This document shows, one piece after another, positions 52,212 to 60,669 of a DNA stretch of 60,669 nucleotides. The stretch covers positions 1 to 60,669 of the forward strand of contig JBBQXQ010000005.1 in the NCBI GenBank assembly GCA_038209515.1. The letters run 5' to 3'. Source of the stretch: Gemmatimonadales bacterium (GTDB lineage: Bacteria > Gemmatimonadota > Gemmatimonadetes > Gemmatimonadales > GWC2-71-9). The notes below the pieces were generated by a model. That model saw only the letters and a list, made by a program, of their open reading frames with translations. It was not told where the DNA came from and searched no databases. Numbering within the stretch: position 1 is the first letter of the stretch; the number at the start of each line of letters is the position of its first letter. The translations under genes were made by a program, and so were the position numbers.

Positions 52212-55200
52212 GCCTGAAGCCGGTAGTCGATGCGTTCGAGCGCGCACCCGCCGTGCGCGACCTGGGCGATCGTCTTCCAGGCCGTGGCGGCACGCTCCGG
52301 CTGGGAGGTCTTCCCGGGTCGAGCGGGGCGGCGTTGGTGGCGTGGCTGGCCCGGACCTATCCCCAGCGCCAGCTGACCGTGATCGCCCCGTCGCCGGCAG
52401 ATGCCGAGCGGTGGCTCTCGGACTTGGCGCAGCTCACCGAGGTAGCTACCGCCCTCTATCCTCAACGAGAAGCGTTGGGCGAGGACGAGCCCCATTACGA
52501 GATCGCCGGAGAGCGAGCGGAAACGATTCAGGCGCTGCTCCAGGGCCGGTTACGGATCCTGGTGACCACCGCGCGCGCCACCGCGGAACGAACGCTCCTG
52601 CCTGCCGCACTCCAGCGGCTGAGTCTCCGGTTAGCCGTCGGGGACAGCCGCCCGCCCGCCGAGGTCGCCCGCTCGCTCGAGGCCATGGGATACCAGCGGG
52701 TGCCGACCGTCAGCGAGGTCGCCGAGTTCAGTGTGCGCGGCGGAATCCTGGACCTGTACGGCTTCGGCATGGCGGCACCAGCCCGACTGGAATGGTGGGG
52801 GGACGAGATCACCTCGCTCCGCGGTTTCGATCTGACTACGCAGCGATCGCTCCAGGAACTGAGCGACATCACGGTGTTGCCTATCAACACCCAGGCGGTA
52901 CGAGAAGAGGCGGACTGGCGGACAGAACTTACCGCCGTACCGCCGTACCGCCGTACACTGCTCGACCTTCTCCCGCCCGACACACTGGTCGTCGAAGAAA
53001 CCCCCGGACCTGACTTCGACGAGGTCACCCGGGCCTGGACCGAGGCGGCGCACCATCTCGAGGTGGCCCGGCGTCTGGGTGAGGACGTACCCAGCAGGGA
53101 GAGCATCTTCCAGCCGCCTGGCGAGTGGCGCGAGCGACTCGAGCAATTTCCCCGCCTCCTGCTGCGCGACGATACGGTGGACCTGCAGTTCGGCTTCTTC
53201 CCGCCCGAGCGCATCGACCGGGATCTCAACCGCCTGCGCTCCCTGCTGGGTCCCGGCCTGCCGACCCTGATTCTCTGCGACAACGAGGGGCAGCTCGAGC
53301 GCCTGGAGGAGCTGCTCGAATCGCCGCTGTATCCCGGGCAGGGTCGCGCTCGGGGCAACGGTGCTACGCTCGCCATCGGGGCTCTCGAGGGCGGCTTCGT
53401 CATGCCCTCGCTCCGGGTGCTCACTGACCACGAGATCTTCCGCCGGGCGCGCCGGTTGCGCCGGCCGCGCCGGTACCGTGAGGCCGCGCCTTCAGGAGCC
53501 ACCGGCGCTCTGAGTCTGGGCGACTACGTCGTGCACCTCGAGCATGGCATCGGCATCTACCGCGGAATCGAGACGATCACCGCGGGCGAATCCACCCTGG
53601 AGGTTGCCATCGTCGAGTACGAAGGGGGCGACCGGCTCAACGTGCCGCTCTACCGTCTCGACCAGCTCGAGCGCTATCGCGCCTCCGGTGAAGATGGAGA
53701 CCGTCCGCCACCGCGGATCCACCGGCTCGGTGGGTCGACCTGGCAGCGGGTTCGGGAGAAGACCCGACAGGCCATCAAGCGGATGGCGGCTGAGCTACTC
53801 GATCTCTACGCCCGGAGGAGGGTCACCGGCGGCTACGCCTTTCCACCCGACACCAAGTGGCAGCGCGAGCTGGAGTCCAGCTTTCTCTACGAGGACACTC
53901 CCGACCAGCGAAAGGCCACCGAGGAGGTCAAGCGGGATATGGAGAAGCCGCTTCCCATGGACCGCCTGCTGGTCGGCGATGTCGGATATGGCAAGACCGA
54001 GATCGCGGTGCGCGCGGCGTTCAAGGCGGTCCAAGGCGGGAAGCAGGTCGCTGTCCTGGTGCCCACGACGATTCTGGCCGAGCAGCACGGCCGGACCTTC
54101 ATCGAGCGCCTGGCCGACTTCCCGGTCAAGATCGAAGTGCTCTCCCGGTTCCGAACCCAGAAGGAGCAAAAGGCGGCGCTCACCCGCCTGGCCGACGGAC
54201 AGACGGACATCGTGATCGCGACCCACCGGCTCCTGTCCAAGGACGTCGTGTTCAAGGACCTCGGCCTGCTGGTGGTAGACGAGGAGCACCGATTCGGGGT
54301 GAAGCACAAGGAGCGGCTCAAGGCGCTGCGACTTTCGGTTGACGTGCTCACGCTCACCGCCACGCCGATTCCCCGGACCCTCCACCTGTCGCTGGCAGGT
54401 CTCCGGGATCTGACCCTGATCGAGACCGCGCCGCGCGACCGATCTCCGATCCTGACTTTCGTTGAGCCGTGGGACGATGCTCTGCTGGAGGAGGCGTTCG
54501 CCCGGGAGATCGACCGTGGCGGGCAGGTCTTCATGGTCCACAACCGCATCGAGACGATCGACACCATCGCCGAACGGGTCCGGACACTGGCGCCTCGGGC
54601 GCGGGTAGGGGTGGCCCACGGGCAGATGGCGGCGGAGGAGCTCGAAAAGGTGATGCGGTGCTTCGTCGCGGGTGAGGTGGATATCCTCGTCTCCACCATG
54701 ATCGTGGAATCGGGGCTCGATGTCGCCAACGCGAACACTATGGTGGTGCACGACGCTCACCGCTTCGGGCTGGCGCAGCTGTACCAGCTGCGGGGACGAG
54801 TCGGGCGGAGTCACCGCCGGGCCTACTGCTACCTGCTGGTCCCCGACGCCATCGACGCGGAAGCCGAGGAACGTCTCAAGGTGCTGGAGCATCATACTGA
54901 TCTGGGCTCAGGCTACCGGATTGCACTGCGGGATCTCGAGCTCCGGGGGGCGGGCAATCTGTTGGGAGCGGAGCAGTCGGGTCATGCTCAGGCGGTCGGG
55001 TTCGACCTCTACCTCCGCTGGCTGGAGGAGACCGTCCGGTCGTTGCGGGGCCAGGGCACGGTGGAGCAGCCCGCGCCGCCCGATGTGGTGCTCGACCACC
55101 CCGCCCACCTTCCGGACGGCTACGTCCCGGACGACGACGTCAAGCTCGACCTGTACCGCCGACTGGCGCGGTCTGCCTCATCCAACGAAATTGACGGGCT

Positions 55201-55507
55201 CCGCGACGAGTTGCGGGAACGCTTCGGCCCCTTGCCGGTCACCGTCGAGACGCTGCTCGATATGACGCGGCTCCGCGTCATGGGGGCGGCCCTTGGGCTG
55301 CAGAATGTGCTGGTGCGGGGAGACGAAGCGCGTCTCACCTTCCGTCCCGGGACCACGCCCAGGCTCGCCGGTCTCACGTCTGCCTTGGACGATGTGCAGT
55401 TGGCTGCGGAAGTCCGGCGCACTGTTCCGTTGTCGCTCCGGCTGATGCGGCTGGGCGGAGAGCCGATTGTGCCTGCGTTGGTGAGAGCATTGCGCAAGGC
55501 TTCATGA
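52208..55507 (+). CDS. mfd: Transcription-repair coupling factor
   Basis: The CarD-like domain (GDYVVHLEHGIG), helicase motifs DVGYGKTE, DEEHRFG and QLRGRVGR, and the TRCF C-domain are present. The length is 1099 aa. Confidence 0.95.
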   Translation: MSLKPVVDAFERAPAVRDLGDRLPGRGGTLRLGGLPGSSGAALVAWLARTYPQRQLTVIAPSPADAERWLSDLAQLTEVATALYPQREALGEDEPHYEIAGERAETIQALLQGRLRILVTTARATAERTLLPAALQRLSLRLAVGDSRPPAEVARSLEAMGYQRVPTVSEVAEFSVRGGILDLYGFGMAAPARLEWWGDEITSLRGFDLTTQRSLQELSDITVLPINTQAVREEADWRTELTAVPPYRRTLLDLLPPDTLVVEETPGPDFDEVTRAWTEAAHHLEVARRLGEDVPSRESIFQPPGEWRERLEQFPRLLLRDDTVDLQFGFFPPERIDRDLNRLRSLLGPGLPTLILCDNEGQLERLEELLESPLYPGQGRARGNGATLAIGALEGGFVMPSLRVLTDHEIFRRARRLRRPRRYREAAPSGATGALSLGDYVVHLEHGIGIYRGIETITAGESTLEVAIVEYEGGDRLNVPLYRLDQLERYRASGEDGDRPPPRIHRLGGSTWQRVREKTRQAIKRMAAELLDLYARRRVTGGYAFPPDTKWQRELESSFLYEDTPDQRKATEEVKRDMEKPLPMDRLLVGDVGYGKTEIAVRAAFKAVQGGKQVAVLVPTTILAEQHGRTFIERLADFPVKIEVLSRFRTQKEQKAALTRLADGQTDIVIATHRLLSKDVVFKDLGLLVVDEEHRFGVKHKERLKALRLSVDVLTLTATPIPRTLHLSLAGLRDLTLIETAPRDRSPILTFVEPWDDALLEEAFAREIDRGGQVFMVHNRIETIDTIAERVRTLAPRARVGVAHGQMAAEELEKVMRCFVAGEVDILVSTMIVESGLDVANANTMVVHDAHRFGLAQLYQLRGRVGRSHRRAYCYLLVPDAIDAEAEERLKVLEHHTDLGSGYRIALRDLELRGAGNLLGAEQSGHAQAVGFDLYLRWLEETVRSLRGQGTVEQPAPPDVVLDHPAHLPDGYVPDDDVKLDLYRRLARSASSNEIDGLRDELRERFGPLPVTVETLLDMTRLRVMGAALGLQNVLVRGDEARLTFRPGTTPRLAGLTSALDDVQLAAEVRRTVPLSLRLMRLGGEPIVPALVRALRKAS

Positions 55508-55509
55508 CT

Positions 55510-55523
55510 CTAGACCCTAGACC
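55510..55523 (+). repeat. CTAGACC x2 (complement of the GGGTCTA unit)
   Basis: ctagacc ctagacc begins 3 nt after the mfd stop. The unit is the same as at 39317-39378. Confidence 0.7.
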
Positions 55524-55541
55524 TCTTTGAACGGAGTACAA

Positions 55542-57047
55542 ATGCGTCGGTTCGGCATCTTGATGTCCCTCGTGCTGACGGCCGGCCTCGGCGCTTGCGG
55601 CAGCTTCCGCGACCTCTTCTCGGCGCACGCGGACGTAGTGGCCGAAGCGGGAGACCAGCGACTGACCCCACAGCGGTTGAGTCAGATCATGGCGGGGGGC
55701 AAGGGCAAGCGGGCCAACCGCGATGCGGCGGGCTTCGTCACCAACACCTGGGTGGACTACTCATTGTTCGCGCAGGCAGTGGCAGACGGCAAGCTGCCGC
55801 TCGATTCGGCGAGTATCGCTCAGGCTGTGTGGCCCGAGCTGGCAGAGCTTCGCGGGGGCCACTGGCATGATTCACTGATGGCCCGCCGCTCCCACATTTC
55901 CCCCACTGCAGCCGACAGTACCTATCAGGCAAATCAGGTCAGGGTTCTTCAGCACATCCTCTTCCGGTCGCTGCAGAACGCCACGCCCGAGGTGCGCCAT
56001 GCCGCTCGGAAGAAGGCAGAAGACGCGCTCGCGAGGGTCAAGCGCGGTACTGATTTCGGCCAGCTCGCATCCCAGGTTTCTGAAGACCCCGGCAGCAAGC
56101 GGGACAACGGTTTTCTGCCGCCCAGCCCGAAGGGGAAGTTCGTGCCCGCCTTCGACAGCGCGGGCTGGAGTCTTGCGCCTGGGGCAGTCAGCGGCGTGGT
56201 GGAGACGCCGTTCGGCTACCATATCATCAAGCGTCCCAGCCCGGACGCTGTTCGTGAGCGGATCAACGCCTACCTGATACAGAGCGCAGGAACCCGGCTC
56301 GACTCCATCTACATGGATAGCCTGGCGATCATCAACAAGATCAAGATCTCCAAGGGCGCGGGCGCGGCCATGCGGGCGGCTGGTGAAAATCCGGAAGAGG
56401 CGCGCAACTCGAAGAAGACGCTCACGTCCTTCAAGGGCGGGGAGCTCACCGTCGGCGAGTTCATGCGGTGGGTGCGGGCCCTGCCGCCGCAGTATGCCGC
56501 CCAGCTGAAGCAGGCGGACGACAGCATGCTCACCCAGTTCGCCAAGATCCTCACGCAGAACGTGCTGCTGCTCCGCCAGGCCGACTCGGCGAAGATCGGG
56601 GTCACGCCGGAGGAGTGGAAGGGTCTCCAGGAACACTACCGGGGCCAGCTGGATACGCTCCGCGTGGAGATGGGGTTGGACACCGCGGCCCTGTGGGATT
56701 CTAGTGCCGCCAAGGCCGACCGAAGCAAGGTTGCGGCCATGAAGGTCGACCTGTACTTCGACCGGCTGCTCTCGGGCAAGTCTCGGCTCCGTCCGCTTCC
56801 CTCCGCGCTGGCTACACTGCTGCGCGAACGCTCCGGATACCGGATCTACGAGGCAGGGCTGAACCGCGCCGTCGAGCTCGCCGAAGTCGAACGCGCCAAG
56901 ACCGATTCCACCAAGGCCAAGGCAGGACCGATGCAGCCGGCACCGGGCCCGGCGCCAATCCCGGGAATGGGTCCAACCGCACCGGGAGAGAAGGCCCCTG
57001 CCGCGGCGCCGGCGCCCCAGCGAGCGACGCCGCCGAAGAGTCCATAA
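55542..57047 (+). CDS. PpiC-type peptidyl-prolyl isomerase lipoprotein (SurA/PrsA-like)
   Basis: The ATG follows GGAG. The lipobox is LTAGLGAC and the parvulin core is FGQLASQVSEDPGSKRDNGFL...ETPFGYHIIK. Confidence 0.8.
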   Translation: MRRFGILMSLVLTAGLGACGSFRDLFSAHADVVAEAGDQRLTPQRLSQIMAGGKGKRANRDAAGFVTNTWVDYSLFAQAVADGKLPLDSASIAQAVWPELAELRGGHWHDSLMARRSHISPTAADSTYQANQVRVLQHILFRSLQNATPEVRHAARKKAEDALARVKRGTDFGQLASQVSEDPGSKRDNGFLPPSPKGKFVPAFDSAGWSLAPGAVSGVVETPFGYHIIKRPSPDAVRERINAYLIQSAGTRLDSIYMDSLAIINKIKISKGAGAAMRAAGENPEEARNSKKTLTSFKGGELTVGEFMRWVRALPPQYAAQLKQADDSMLTQFAKILTQNVLLLRQADSAKIGVTPEEWKGLQEHYRGQLDTLRVEMGLDTAALWDSSAAKADRSKVAAMKVDLYFDRLLSGKSRLRPLPSALATLLRERSGYRIYEAGLNRAVELAEVERAKTDSTKAKAGPMQPAPGPAPIPGMGPTAPGEKAPAAAPAPQRATPPKSP

Positions 57048-57059
57048 GAGGTAGTCACG

Positions 57060-58463
57060 ATGAATGACAGGTTCTACAGAGCAAGCGCACTGATCGGCGT
57101 TCTCTTGCTGCCCGGTGTCGCCAGACTTGCGGCGCAGGATACGACGGCGGCGTCTTCCGACACGGCGGGCGCGGCGCCGGATACGCTGAACCCGGTTACC
57201 GGGGCAGCGACCCCCCGCCGCGACACGACATTCGTGGTCGATCGGGTGGTGGCTGTCGTCGGCAATCGGCCGGTGCTCGCGTCCCAGGTGGACGAGGAGA
57301 TCTTCTCCCGCCAGTCCCAGGGCGGCAAGGTGCCCACCACGCCGGAAGGGCTCAACGGGGTACGTCACCAGATCGTGTCGTCGATCATCGACGAGGAGCT
57401 GCTGGTCCAGCAGGCTCAGCGGGACACCACGATCAAGGTCACCGACGAGGAGATCGCCAGCGGCGTCGAAGAGCAGGTGCGCAAGGTGCGGAGCAACTTC
57501 ACGTCCGAAGTGGACTACCGGGCCGAGCTCAAGAAGGCGGGCTTCCAGACGCCGGAGGAGTATCGCCGCTGGCTCACCGATCAACAGCGGCGCGCGGCAT
57601 TCCAGAACCGGTTGATCGAGAAGCTGCGGACCGACGGCAAGCTCAAGGCGGTGGCGCCGACCGAAAAGGAGATGCGGGCGTTCTTCGACGAGCAGAAGGC
57701 TACGCTCGGCAGTCGCCCGGCCACCCTCTCGTTTCGGCAGATCGTCGTCTCACCCACGCCCTCGGCCGACGCGAAACTCAAGGCCAAGACCCAGGCGGAC
57801 TCTATCGTGCTGGAGCTGAGGAGGGGGGCGGACTTCGCTACGGCTGCTCGCCGCTTCTCGCAGGACCCCGGCTCCAAAGACCAGGGAGGCTCGCTCAACT
57901 GGTTCCGCCGCGGAGTCATGGTGCCGGAGTTCGAGCGGGTCGCGTTCACGCTCAAGCCTGGCGTGGTGTCCGATCCGGTGGAGTCGCCCTTCGGCTATCA
58001 CATTATCCAGGTGGAACGGATACAGCCCGGCGAGGTGCAGGCCCGGCACATCCTCATCGTACCCCAGATCGACTCGGTGCACGTGGACAGCGCGCGAGCC
58101 ATCGCTGAGTCGGTCCACAAGGCCGTGGTCGGCGGCGCCTCGTTCGATTCCCTGCAACGCATCTATCATGACCGCTCGGCCGAGCGTGACGCCGAGAGCG
58201 TGCCGGTGACGAAGCTGCCGGAGGCGTACGGGAAGGTCATCGGTGAGGCGGACTCCGGGGCGGTGCTCCCGGTGTTCACCATGCCGGGGGCGGGCGGGCG
58301 GGATCAGTTCGTCGTGCTCAAGGTGACGAACCGCCGTCCCGAGGGAGAAGTCAGGTACGAGGACGTGCGGGACCGCATCCGCGATCAGCTGGGGCAGCAG
58401 CTCGCGATCAGGCGTTATCTCGACCGGCTGCGAAAGGCGACCTACGTCGAGATCAGGTCCTGA
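57060..58463 (+). CDS. SurA-like periplasmic chaperone / PPIase
   Basis: A signal peptide and a SurA-N-like domain (VVDRVVAVVGNRPVLASQVDEE) are present. The parvulin domain reads FSQDPGSKDQGGSLNWF...ESPFGYHIIQV. Confidence 0.8.
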   Translation: MNDRFYRASALIGVLLLPGVARLAAQDTTAASSDTAGAAPDTLNPVTGAATPRRDTTFVVDRVVAVVGNRPVLASQVDEEIFSRQSQGGKVPTTPEGLNGVRHQIVSSIIDEELLVQQAQRDTTIKVTDEEIASGVEEQVRKVRSNFTSEVDYRAELKKAGFQTPEEYRRWLTDQQRRAAFQNRLIEKLRTDGKLKAVAPTEKEMRAFFDEQKATLGSRPATLSFRQIVVSPTPSADAKLKAKTQADSIVLELRRGADFATAARRFSQDPGSKDQGGSLNWFRRGVMVPEFERVAFTLKPGVVSDPVESPFGYHIIQVERIQPGEVQARHILIVPQIDSVHVDSARAIAESVHKAVVGGASFDSLQRIYHDRSAERDAESVPVTKLPEAYGKVIGEADSGAVLPVFTMPGAGGRDQFVVLKVTNRRPEGEVRYEDVRDRIRDQLGQQLAIRRYLDRLRKATYVEIRS

Positions 58464-58464
58464 A

Positions 58465-58504
58465 GAAGGCGGAGAAGGCGGAGAGGGCGGAGAAGACGGA
58501 GAGA
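58465..58504 (+). repeat. Purine-rich nonamer micro-array GAAGGCGGA x4
   Basis: gaaggcgga gaaggcgga gagggcgga gaagacgga gaga begins 2 nt after the SurA-like stop and ends 18 nt before the pdxA TTG start. Confidence 0.9.
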
Positions 58505-58522
58505 ACTCGCGGCAGGCCGCGG

Positions 58523-59461
58523 TTGGCGGTGGCGCTCGGAGACCCGCGCGGCATCGGGCCTGAGATCACGGCTCGGGCTCTGGCGCAGCCGCTCGATGCG
58601 GAGATCACCGTCGTTGGGGCGGAGGACCAGATCGGCGGCGTACCGGCGCAGCGCCGCATTGCGGTCGGCAGCTGGGGGCTCGGCAGCGGCGAGGCCACTG
58701 GAGACCGAAACCGGATCATCCGTGCAGGCCGCATAGCCGGCCACGCCGTCGAGGCCGCGGCCAGGCTGGCCCTCAGCGGCGAAGTCGATGCGATCGTCAC
58801 CGCTCCCGCCCACAAGCACGCCCTTCATCTCGCGGGATTCCCCTACCCGGGTCACACCGAATGGCTGGCGCAGCTGGCCGGCCAGGTGGATGTGGCCATG
58901 ATGCTTGCCGCCGAGCCGTCGGCCGGAGACACTGGCGGGCATCCCCTCCGGGTGGTGCTCGTCACCACCCACGTGCCCTTCCGGGATGTGACCGCCCTCC
59001 TCACCATCGAGCGGGTAGTGCGCACCGGCCGCATCGTCGAGCGCGCCCTGCGCGAGTGGTGGGGAATCGAGACTCCCCGGATCGCGGTGTGCGCCCTGAA
59101 CCCTCACGCAGGCGAGTCGGGTCTGTTCGGCGACGAAGAGGAGCGGATCCTGAACCCTGCGGCACGGGAGCTTGGCGCGGTGGGGGCGCTGCCGGCGGAC
59201 ACCGTGTTCGTCCGGGCGATGCGGGGAGAGTTCGACGCGGTGCTGGCGCCGTACCACGACGTGGGGATGACGGCGATCAAGGTGGCGGCATTTGGGCGAG
59301 CAGTGAACGTGACGCTGGGGTTGCCCTTCCCCCGCACGTCACCCGATCACGGCACCGCGCTGGATATCGCTGGCACTGGCAGGGCGGATGCGTCGAGCAT
59401 GCGGGAGGCGATCGAGTTGGCGGTGAGGCTGGCGCGGAAGACAGCTATAGCACGGCGCTGA
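58523..59461 (+). CDS. pdxA: 4-hydroxythreonine-4-phosphate dehydrogenase
   Basis: ALGDPRGIGPEI, TAPAHK, NPHAGE.G..G.EE and SPDHGTA are present. The start is a TTG and is somewhat uncertain. Confidence 0.88.
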   Translation: MAVALGDPRGIGPEITARALAQPLDAEITVVGAEDQIGGVPAQRRIAVGSWGLGSGEATGDRNRIIRAGRIAGHAVEAAARLALSGEVDAIVTAPAHKHALHLAGFPYPGHTEWLAQLAGQVDVAMMLAAEPSAGDTGGHPLRVVLVTTHVPFRDVTALLTIERVVRTGRIVERALREWWGIETPRIAVCALNPHAGESGLFGDEEERILNPAARELGAVGALPADTVFVRAMRGEFDAVLAPYHDVGMTAIKVAAFGRAVNVTLGLPFPRTSPDHGTALDIAGTGRADASSMREAIELAVRLARKTAIARR

Positions 59462-59553
59462 AGGTCCCCACCCCACTGCAACCCCTCCCCTGAGGAGCCA
59501 GCCCTGAGGGTCAGAGAGTGAACACGGCTTCGTCTGCGCAACGCACCGGTCCT

Positions 59554-60186
59554 TCAGGGTGACACCCGTTCCAACCTCTCCATCAAATCCAAATACGCAT
59601 CCAATTTCAGCTTCTGACTCGCCCGGTTGGCCACCAGAACCGCGCTGCACTGGAGGACGGTCGCCCGCTCGACCAGTCCGTTCGCGCGGAGCGTGTTCCC
59701 CGTGTCCACCAGATCCACGATCCAGTGCGACAGGTTGAGCAGCGGCGCCACCTCCACCGACCCCCCGACCTGTATGATGTCCACTGGGCGTCCCAGCGCG
59801 GCGAAATATGCCTGCGCCAGCCGGGGGTACTTGGTGGCCACCCGTGCGGTAACTCCGCCGGGCAGGGCCGGGTAAGGCGACGCCGCGGGCGTGGCCACCA
59901 CCAACCGGCAGAATCCGAACTGCATCTCCAGCGGCTCGAGCACATCCGCGCCGCTCTCCCGCAGTACATCCGTTCCCGTGATACCGAGGTCCGCGGCGCC
60001 GGACTCGACATAGACCGGCACATCGGCCGGCTTCACCACCAGAAATTCGATCGATGAATCACTGGAGCCGATGAGGAGCTTCCTGCCGTCCCCATTCTCG
60101 GCGATGGCGGCTCCGGCCCGGCGGAACCGCGCGACGGACGGCTCGAACAGGCGGCCCTTGGCCAGTGCGATGCGAAGCCGGCTCAC
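59554..60186 (-). CDS. hisG: ATP phosphoribosyltransferase, short form
   Basis: LRIALAKGRL, the VESGAADLGITGTDVL motif and LVDTGNTLRANGL are present. A 210-aa HisG(S) implies a HisZ partner. Confidence 0.92.
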   Translation of the reverse strand: MSRLRIALAKGRLFEPSVARFRRAGAAIAENGDGRKLLIGSSDSSIEFLVVKPADVPVYVESGAADLGITGTDVLRESGADVLEPLEMQFGFCRLVVATPAASPYPALPGGVTARVATKYPRLAQAYFAALGRPVDIIQVGGSVEVAPLLNLSHWIVDLVDTGNTLRANGLVERATVLQCSAVLVANRASQKLKLDAYLDLMERLERVSP

Positions 60187-60669
60187 GCCGCTACCTCGGC
60201 GATGATATCGAGGTCCAGCGAGACGCCGACCGCAGGCATGGCGCGACCGAAGCGGCCCATGAGGTCGTCGTATCGCCCGCCCGCCCCCGCCGCCCGGCCC
60301 GCGCCTGACACATAGAGCTCGAAGTGGATGCCGGTGTAGTAGTCGAGGCCGCGCACCTCGCCGAGATCGTACACCAGGTGGGTCCGCTCCTTGGCAGTCA
60401 GCGCCGAATCGAGTGCCAGGAGATGTTCGAGCCCTGCCCTCGACGCGTGAGGCGCGTTTCGGGCGGCGTCCTCGAGCGCGTCGCGCCGGCCGATGACGAA
60501 GGGGAGGGTCATGAGCGTGCAGGCGTCTCCCGACAAGCCTGCGAGGGCTCGACGCAGGCTGCCCTGGTCCTTCCGATCGATCCAGCGTCGCACATCCGAT
60601 CGGAGCGGCTCCTCGATTGCATCCAGGCCGGCCGCGAGTACGCCTACATGGCCCAGATTCAGCTGGAAA
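60183..60669 (-). CDS. hisZ: ATP phosphoribosyltransferase regulatory subunit HisZ (N-terminus lies outside the window)
   Basis: GLDYYTGIHFELYV...GGRYDDLMGRFG is the HisS-like class II core without the anticodon domain. The frame is open to the window edge and overlaps hisG by 4 nt. Confidence 0.8.
   Translation of the reverse strand, partial: FQLNLGHVGVLAAGLDAIEEPLRSDVRRWIDRKDQGSLRRALAGLSGDACTLMTLPFVIGRRDALEDAARNAPHASRAGLEHLLALDSALTAKERTHLVYDLGEVRGLDYYTGIHFELYVSGAGRAAGAGGRYDDLMGRFGRAMPAVGVSLDLDIIAEVAA

Overview
This is a high-GC chromosomal segment (about two-thirds G+C by eye) from a diderm bacterium. The gene content and a recognisable REP-like repeat suggest a soil Gemmatimonadota- or Acidobacteriota-like organism, but that is inference only. 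I call about 65 protein genes and one tRNA-Asn(GUU). Most genes are housekeeping: moaC, holB, uvrA, pckA, nfo, ftsEX plus an M23 peptidase, lepA, mfd, two SurA/PpiC-type chaperones, pdxA and hisG/hisZ. Between them sit accessory-looking genes: RCC1 and Kelch lipoproteins, several DUF proteins, GNATs, EamA and ABC transporters, an aromatic amino-acid decarboxylase, a triple-FHA protein with a PP2C phosphatase, and a pseudo-receiver GGDEF protein. I saw no integrase, transposase, phage genes, CRISPR array, rRNA or recognisable known defence system. The most unusual signal is non-coding. A multi-family set of 7-9 nt tandem micro-arrays recurs at 13 or more gene boundaries, and five of these loci are inverted pairs that can fold into hairpins. 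One 96-nt copy is inserted in-frame inside a PfkB sugar-kinase gene. Others blur the start codons of neighbouring genes and produce artefactual peptides in the ORF track, such as TEKTEKTER, KDGKDGKGGK and RPFRLSRLSR. A second candidate is an uncharacterised GHKL-ATPase plus STAS-like/winged-helix gene pair, translationally coupled inside a seven-gene lepA-to-metC-like operon. The many long ORFs lying antisense to recognisable genes are high-GC artefacts.
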